A DNA stretch of 63,890 bases, filler included, from Sluysia triapertura (taxonomy: Eukaryota): NCBI GenBank assembly GCA_046118255.1. It is 5 parts of 5 records of this genome, joined end to end, with 100 filler letters (N's around TTAATTAATTAA, not from the genome) between each part and the next. Parts side by side here need not be neighbours in the genome. Positions count along the whole stretch, not along the records: positions 52,999 to 63,890 come from JBJNIA010191874.1; 4 more parts are not named here. The stretch is one strand, 5' to 3'. The notes under the pieces are model-generated. The model did not search any database. It was not told the DNA's origin and saw only the letters and a program-made list of their open reading frames with translations. Both the position numbers and the translations under genes were made by a program. Below, piece after piece: positions 56,461 to 63,890 of the stretch (its first letter is position 1; each line of letters begins with the position of its first letter).

Positions 56461-57596
56461 TGTTTATGTTGTGTATTATTAATACTCTTATTTTCCAAAA
56501 TTATTAAATTAAAACTCAGTAATTAAATAAATTCAAAATCTGGGCATATTATTTATATTACCACAAGATTACAACTAAAATATTCTTTATAACAACAAAG
56601 ATACAAATTATTTATAATAACAATATAAATTATTCCTCAATGACAAATATTAACCAGGGTTGACACAACCTACTTAGATTTTCGCACCCGTATTAATACA
56701 AAATATGCTCAATATAAAATAAATTACAAACCTTAAATCCTCTAGCTCTAAATATTTATGTTAATTAATTACTAAATAATAAGCCTTAATAACAGATGAA
56801 TCAAAGCAACGTCCCTCAGCTATAAAGTTTTGTTTTCTTAACTCTTGCCTCTGGCGTTTCTACTTCTAATTTTTTGCATAAATGTAACTGCTTATAAAGC
56901 AGTTTTATGATTCTGTAAGAAATTAAATTTAGAAATTGAACAAGATGGAAATTAAAGCTGTCTATTCTCTTTTAGTCGGCAATAAGCCGACCAATTTCGC
57001 TGATTAAATTTCGAGAGCAATTTCCGTCTGTGTTCAAATTCATTCTCAATTTAATTATCCAAAGATGATGGGATTTGTAGTAAACAATGCCCTGATCTTC
57101 TTAATATCATCTAATTAAAATTTAATATTATTTTTACATTGCTACTATACTAATAACGTAATTTGTCAACTTAATTGAATGATAAATTTATTTCTCATAG
57201 GATCGACGAAGCTATATCCGGATACTATTTTGGTTTTGGTAAACTTCGAATTTATCAATTACAATAATACTAATTACAAATAATATAGTAAAAAGATAAT
57301 TATAACATTAAAATCATGACTGGTAGCTTATTTTTAAATGCCGCGGTGTTAATTATCAAATAATTGTTATTGTTGTGGTATAAGTTTATATTTAAAGTCG
57401 ATAACTTTTAAATTGAAATAAATTTTTACGTTTTTTTCTATTATTTTTACATTAGAATTAAAATCATAATATTCGTTTTTAAATTTAATTAATTGGTAAT
57501 CATTTTTAACTTTAAATGAATAAAAAACAGTAATATCTATTATACTAAAATTTAAAATTTTATTGATAGCTAAATTTGAAATTCTTTTCTTGTACA

Positions 57597-59101
57597 TCAC
57601 TTCCTTGAGATGTCTCGTCTCGTAAGCAAACTTTCCACGTTTCTAAAAAATAATAAAGAATAATAAAATACATTCATAAAAGTATACGTACGGTTAAAAT
57701 AAGAAATTATGATTACTTTTGAGTTATGATATTTGTTTTTGTCCAAATATATTTCTTTTAATGACGAAACGAGTTGTTGAATTCTTTGATCATGGTTTGT
57801 TAAGCGTGGCATCCAAGCGAAGTTATCCATGAGTTCAACTGTATTGTGTGCGTACAAACAGTTACTACCATTTCTTATATATTTTCCATCTAGAGTTGTA
57901 GCATACAGACACCAACCAGACTTGAAGTGTCGTGATTCATCATCCAGATCTAATCGTATCATTCGAGCGCCGGTAGTAGAAGCATCAGTTTGAACGTCAA
58001 TGAGTATACTGCCGTTGAGTGGAAATTTTAGAGGATTCCAATTTATAATTTCTTCAATCATTTCCGGTGTCACTAATAATTTCAATAATTCAAATTGACA
58101 CATTTGCAATCGATTAAGTTGAATTCGGTTTTCAATTTCGCACATTATGAAGTCGTATTGTAAATTTTTCAATGTCACATTTGTACCACGTTTATCAAAC
58201 AAATAACGTATAATAAATAAGTCAATATTACTTAACTTAAAAAGCTTGTGAATAATTTCTATTTCGTTTTCATTATCAATAATTAATCTTACACAAGTAG
58301 TACTTTGAGCATCATTTTTTTGCAAGTTTACATAAAACTCACAAAATCGTTTTCCCTTAGTTTCAAAATTATTTTCTATTAAACAAATATAAGAAAACAA
58401 ATTTACTTCAAACATTTGCTTTAATATATCACATGCATGTTTATCTTTAATAATTTTACTTACTTCGACCCAATAATAATATTTTTTAGACTATCGGCAT
58501 TTTGTTTGATGTAAGATAAAATTTCTTCAACATGTGATTCAGATTGTTCCGAAATTCTTCTAGAAAATCTAAAACATCGTAAAATTCTTAAATCACTTCG
58601 ATTGACATTGTTTCCAACAAAAGGGATAATATTATTTTCTAAATCTTTTATGCCATCAAAGTGATCATAATTAAAAATAATAGTTAAATCACGTTTTTCG
58701 GCTTTTATTTTCGAATTTAACTTGTGCACTGTGGCCATCAGTCGTAGAGTAGTTAATTCAAAATTTTCTTTATCATCAATTCTTTGAGTTATTGTAACGT
58801 GTGATTCAACATTCGAAAAGCGTTGAAATTGATGTTCTTCTTCTTCGGTCATTAATCGAAGAGGTAATAAATAATTAGTATAAGAAATCCCATTAATACT
58901 ACTGTTAGACTTCGTAAAATGGACTGATTGGGGATCGAACCCGGGACCATCGTCTGCACAATCGATGCTTTACCACCGAGTTATCAGACCCGTCTAACAA
59001 TTTCATTTTTTTAAATATATTCAATTATACTACTTGGCACTTTTCAGGCCTTTTACCCCAACACTACTCATTTCAGGTGTGCTTTCATAACTTGACGACA
59101 T
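57597..59101 (-). pseudogene. intronless cargo ORF of copy E (possible OGFr-like C-terminal half), disrupted by an insertion and one frameshift
   Basis: ORFs 58460-58852 and 57597-58415 join across one frameshift. Removing the 58903-59063 insert and one TSD extends the frame to an ATG at 59101 (MSSSYESTPEMSSINGISYTNYLLPLRLMTEEE). Confidence 0.65.
58903..59063. mobile_element. tRNA-containing TG..CA element, copy 2
   Basis: Ends TGTT...AACA with TSD ctac/ctac. Pseudo-tRNA at 58920-58991 on the minus strand. Confidence 0.85.
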
Positions 59102-59211
59102 TTTGTTAATAACTAAGAATGTATTTAATTTGAAAACTATATTTTTATTATAATGAAAGTGCAAAAGCTGACAATTAGCTATCTGATGATAAATCTTGTG
59201 CATTTCAGTAG

Positions 59212-60070
59212 CTGCTCAATCACAACACAAAAAGTGATAATTGATAATTTTAATTGAGCAGTCAGTAAAATGTTGAGTAACATGGAAAAATAGTACATGT
59301 AATGAACTGTCATCAGTCGACAATTAGTAAAAGAACACCAAATGATTTCAAATGCCTATCGACTGATGGCAGGCTAACTAGCAAATAAATTTTTGTATGT
59401 TGTAAATACAGCCACTATCAGTAGTGACAATAAATTGTAATTATGAATTAGTGATGTCACCACTGGTAGTGGTAGTTACAAAGTTAATCAATAAAAATGG
59501 TTAATACATAAAATAATAATAATAATGCCATTATTATTAATTTAATTTGCATAAACCTTTTAAATAAAAACAAAATCTTTCTGATGTTTCTTTTTCTATT
59601 TCTTAACATATTTAAGTTTCTTTCGTTAATATAAATGTTTTCAAAACTGAGTGTTAAAAGATTGTAAGCTTGTAATGTTTTGGATTGAATCTAAGATGTA
59701 AATTTGATAGTTTGAGATGTAATTGAGATTTTAATTTTATTAAATGATGCGTAAAAATGTTTTAGTTTAAAAATGTTAATTGATCGTTGAACTGGAGGTG
59801 AAGTTAGGATGTTGAAAACTGTGAATTAAAATGTTTTGCCATATGAAAATTGATTTTAGTGAATCTGAAAGAAATAAAATATAGCAAGGCTTTTAATACA
59901 TTCAAAAAGGTAGTTGTGGTGTGTTAACAATTATACTTATGATGTAATATTATGGAACTATGAATAAAATGTTTCTGGTGAATTTTAAATGTACGTTGTT
60001 AATCTGAAATGAATGTAGTTTTGTGTGATGGTGGAATAAAATTTGTAACAGTTATAGGTTGGCCACTATA
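59212..60070. mobile_element. LTR-like hairpin-cassette copy E (three hairpins)
   Basis: Hairpins 59212-59261, 59308-59371 and 59412-59472. Motif at ~59545-59595. GT-rich tract ending ggttggccactata at 60070. Confidence 0.8.
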
Positions 60071-61421
60071 GTTATGTAAACAAGATTTGTCTGAAATATT
60101 ACAGTGGATAAAAATGATTAAATAATAATAGTGAAAATGATTTAAATATTACATTTTAAAATCTTTAATAAAATTTTTCATTTAATTTTCGTCCAGCTTT
60201 TATTTTTAAATAAAATAATTAATATATTTTAAAATTTCAGTGTGTACTGGAACATAATTTTTCAGTTAAAAATGGTTCATTGGTTTTCTTAATGTTTGTA
60301 TTTTACTTTGAAAAATTAAATTTTAAAAATGAAATTCATCGTGATTATAATTCTTTAATATTATAAAGATACATTAATATTATACAAGTTTATTAAAGGG
60401 ATATTTTTGTAATTCTTTCTAAAATATACATTTTTAACGTAGTTATTTATTTATTTTATATGCGTTTCTAAATTGCAAATTTTTTTTATTTGTAATAAAT
60501 TACATCAAATTTTTGAATGGACAATGTTTACATTTAAATATCCATTACCTTCTTTAAAATATAATTTTTCAGAAATAAAGTAAACTACTTAACCTTCCGC
60601 CTACCAGATTGGTCTAATGGACCCGAATGTAAATACTAGTTATTTTCTAGTAATACGATACATGAAAATTGTTCGACTTCCCGATTTTTTATAGTGTTTA
60701 TAAGGTTAGTTTAAGCTACCAGTCGGGTCCAGGATATTTTAATTACGATTTAAAATGTCGTAATATCATTAAAGGTTTATTAGTGCGACAGTATAGAGCA
60801 GCTGGTTGTACAACGAGGTTCCGAGTTCCAATTCAAGTCAGTACATTTTAAATAGTCAAACACAAGTTTTTGTGACAGTAATAATCAAATACTCTAAATT
60901 CTCAAACAATTATTGTAAAATTAATAGACATAACCAATAAATATATTTAATAAAAAACAATAAATCAATTAATTTTGAAAAACAATTATAAAACGCACTG
61001 TGCTTATAATTTGCAAATATTTTCTGCAAAAGCTCAACAATATTTAACAAAAGTTTTAAGAATTTTAATGTAAATTTGTATGAACCAGTTGATTTCGTCA
61101 GATTTCATATTTTAATTTTAAGTTGTTAAAGCTTAAAAAATGTTGTTAAAAAATGCAATTAGTTATAAATAGTTAAAAATAACTAATTAGTTATTTCGTT
61201 CAATATTCGACGAAACCCAAGACACGACATTAAAAATATAATTTTAATTTATTCCATTATTCAACATTTTTGTTTTTAAGTATTTTAAATTTCTTTTTTA
61301 ATTTAAATACGAGGGTAGTAGTATAGATTTACAAAACAAGGTTATTTTTATTATACATTTTTTAAACCAAATTTGAGAAACGTTGCAGTGTCATTCAAGA
61401 AAATCAGTGTTACTTTTGCTT

Positions 61422-61499
61422 TTAACACGTTCGCTGCTGAGCGACACAAACACAAACCTCTACCTACGAGATAACTCGCTGTGGCAGCGAATATGTTAA
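61422..61499. mobile_element. 78-bp piggyBac-like MITE
   Basis: TTAA at both ends, with TIR cacgttcgctgc / gcagcgaatatg. Confidence 0.6.
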
Positions 61500-62099
61500 A
61501 ACAATTAACTTTATTTCTTGAAATAATCTGTAAAAACCTCTTAGTACACAGAAAGTTTTCCTCATATTTTTACATTTAATTTTTATTTTAGAAAAACATT
61601 TTTTTAAAATAGTAGTAAATTTAAAAATTAGCGAAATTTAAATAAATAAACCAACTATTATTTTGTCATTATTTAAGATAGAATGAAGAAAAAACAAAAA
61701 GTTACCGTTGGAACAACAAAAATTCAAGTGGATGGTGCTATAGGAAATATAAAAAGTTATAAAATATAATGTTTCGTTTGTAAAGCAGATCATGATAATT
61801 CAATGAATAACTTATACCAACTATTACAGAGAACAAAGAAAATGTAAGTGTAATAATAAATACTCATTTTAATAAAATAATTTATCATTTTTAATTTATA
61901 AATAATCTCATTTTTAATTAAAAAAATACAATCAAATAAGAGACCATAGTAAAATAAAGCACAAAGTGAAAATGGAGATGACTTAGAAAAATTTTAATAG
62001 CGAAATGCGAATGAATCTATGATTTTAAAAAAAACATATGGAACTGCATAAGTAATAATTTAAGCATAAATGCTGACACACATCAAAAATTTCCTTGGT

Positions 62100-62480
62100 A
62101 TATTGAAATTTATTAAAATGACTGATATGCGGAACTGGCTTGTTTTGGAAAAGAATGCAATCACGAACATTTCTAACAGAAAAGTAATACATTATGTGTT
62201 TATATTAGCAGACAATCCGAGAACTCGTAAAAGTTTTGCATAAAAAATTTTACCAGTCCATCTGAGTTCGTATAAGAATGCCTGAATGACTCGTTCTATT
62301 TTTGAAGACTACTTTAGAACTAACTTTTTCTCCTAAGTTAAGAGCTAGTGTAACAGTAATCATTTCAAAATTTTGTTTTTATTTAGATTATAAGCCAGAT
62401 ATCCAACTCCAATAACTGACTTAAATGGAAATTCGAAAATTTATTTTTTCTTCCAATACGCCCCTGAACCAATTAACCGT
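62100..62480 (+). mobile_element. Tigger/pogo DDE_1 transposase remnant
   Basis: NPRT...LPVHLSSYKNA*MTRSIFEDYFRTNF...FKILFL matches 'NPR....LPV.W..NKKAWMT...F..WF...F...KILL'. Confidence 0.8.
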
Positions 62481-63055
62481 CATATGCAAGGTATTTATGT
62501 ACATGATTTCATTTCGTGAGATATTATTAATCATTACTCTATCAAGTCAAATCGCCTGTGATGAAAAACAAACTCCTTACAAAACAGGGCTTAGCATTCA
62601 AATATACATCTTGAGCAAAGGTAACCTTAATAAATCTAATATCTAGTTGAAAAGCTATATTTAGATTGTTCGCGTGCGATTTTCTTCCAACAAAGTTTAA
62701 ATAATATTTTAACTGTTTTTTCTGCACATTATTTTTTCTCAAATTTTGACATTAAAAGTAATGTGCGTATTTTTTTACTTAAGAATTAGGAGATTTCCAA
62801 TATATTTGAAATAATTGTGTTTTCCAAAGAGTTAATTGTTTATTTTAAAGTTATTCATCAAGTCTCATAAATTTTATTTAAATATGAAATATTTAATGAA
62901 CATTGTGAATATTTTATACAAAATATCACGATATTTTAAAGATATTTTTAAATATTGTTGATTAACGTTTTGCTGTTTAAATTTGCATATAAATCATAAA
63001 TCGTATATAAAATCAGAAAAAAAATAATGAAAATTATGCTTAAACTTGTTAAAAC

Positions 63056-63409
63056 TTAAAATGCGAGATTTAAATCCACAAATCTGTCCTTATCTAATAA
63101 TAATTTCCCTTTTGCATCAAAATATATATCTTGTGAATTAGAATCATTATAATTCAAAGCATATTCACTATTGTGTACGCGAAATAATTGATAGATTAAG
63201 AAAGGAGGTTTCGATAGTGTGTATGAATCTGTAGACATGTTGAAAGTTAGACCAAGTATTATGTTTAATGCCGACATTTCAGTCCAGTGACAACCAGAAT
63301 ACAAGAAATGGGGCTCACGATTGAAATTGCAACCTATCGACTTTGTATTGATTGATAATGGGTGAATGCAACGTTCATTTAATGCACACTGAATCCACGG
63401 CAGCATAAT
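63056..63409 (-). CDS. terminal exon of a DUF1647-like protein
   Basis: After tttag: IMLPWIQCALNERCIHP....GC....YSGCHWTEMSALNIILG, matching the invertebrate family pattern 'W..CAL...CI.P...CHR.DQSA.N..L'. Confidence 0.7.
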   Translation of the reverse strand: MMLPWIQCALNERCIHPLSINTKSIGCNFNREPHFLYSGCHWTEMSALNIILGLTFNMSTDSYTLSKPPFLIYQLFRVHNSEYALNYNDSNSQDIYFDAKGKLLLDKDRFVDLNLAF

Positions 63410-63890
63410 CTAAACATATTCTTAAGAACAATTATTGTAATAATATAAAAACTGTTTATCGAGTAAATAATAAAATCTAGATGCAATATTAATCACTTCA
63501 CAACTTCTGAAATAATAACCAAAATGGAGTTAATATTTATGAATTTATTTGAAATAAATGTAAATAAAATAAAATACATAAAATAAAATTATAAAACTTT
63601 TTATTTCCAATTTAGATTAATCCTCATTTCTAATTTAATATATTTTTATAAAAAAAATTTAAATTAATTCAGTAAATATAAAATATAATTATTAAATAAA
63701 AAAGTAATTATTAACGATAATGCAAAAAATTTTTAAAAGAAAACAAAATAGTGAATTTTAAAGAAGAAATAATTAATACTTACTGGATTAAAGAAAGAAA
63801 GTATATTTACTTAATGGACCTTAATGGATTTTCAATTAAAAAAGCAATTAGACAGAATAAGTTAATGGAAAAAAGCAATTACAAATGAAT

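Noticed and set aside
57960-58000. VQTDASTTG as an RNase H motif of pol
   Set aside because: No RT upstream and no other RNase H motifs. It is likely coincidental.
7534-59472. Hairpin pairs as integron attC sites or H/ACA snoRNAs
   Set aside because: There are no RYYYAAC/GTTRRRY cores and no integrase. There are no internal pseudouridylation pockets or consistent H/ACA boxes.

Overview
Very AT-rich eukaryotic DNA from an invertebrate animal. The introns I can see are only 32-41 nt. A flatworm or other spiralian origin is plausible but is inference only. Four identical 100-bp spacers (44 N + TTAATTAATTAA + 44 N) show the window is five concatenated contigs, so adjacency across them carries no information. 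Host gene pieces are a Kelch-family BACK exon, a PTPDC1-like 5' end, a core-2/I-branching GlcNAc transferase exon and a DUF1647-like terminal exon. There are many decayed DNA transposons (Tc1/mariner, pogo/Tigger, piggyBac, MITEs). The most striking signal is a dispersed family, seen six times in three independent contigs. Each copy has a cassette of 2-3 hairpins of ~50-65 nt with covarying arms, 50-170 bp upstream of a different intronless cargo ORF. On the other side is a conserved motif, a GT-skewed tract and an LTR-like terminus (GGCCACTACA). One cargo is clearly a captured MTMR9-like myotubularin pseudophosphatase and another may be OGFr-like. Also notable are a 160-bp TG..CA element with 4-bp TSDs built around a tRNA-Ala, an ~8-kb mosaic of shuffled host and viral gene fragments (RPS29, transferrin, Ig domains, chuvirus-type glycoprotein), and a near-perfect heat-shock promoter. 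All family assignments come from my recall of motifs, not from database searches.
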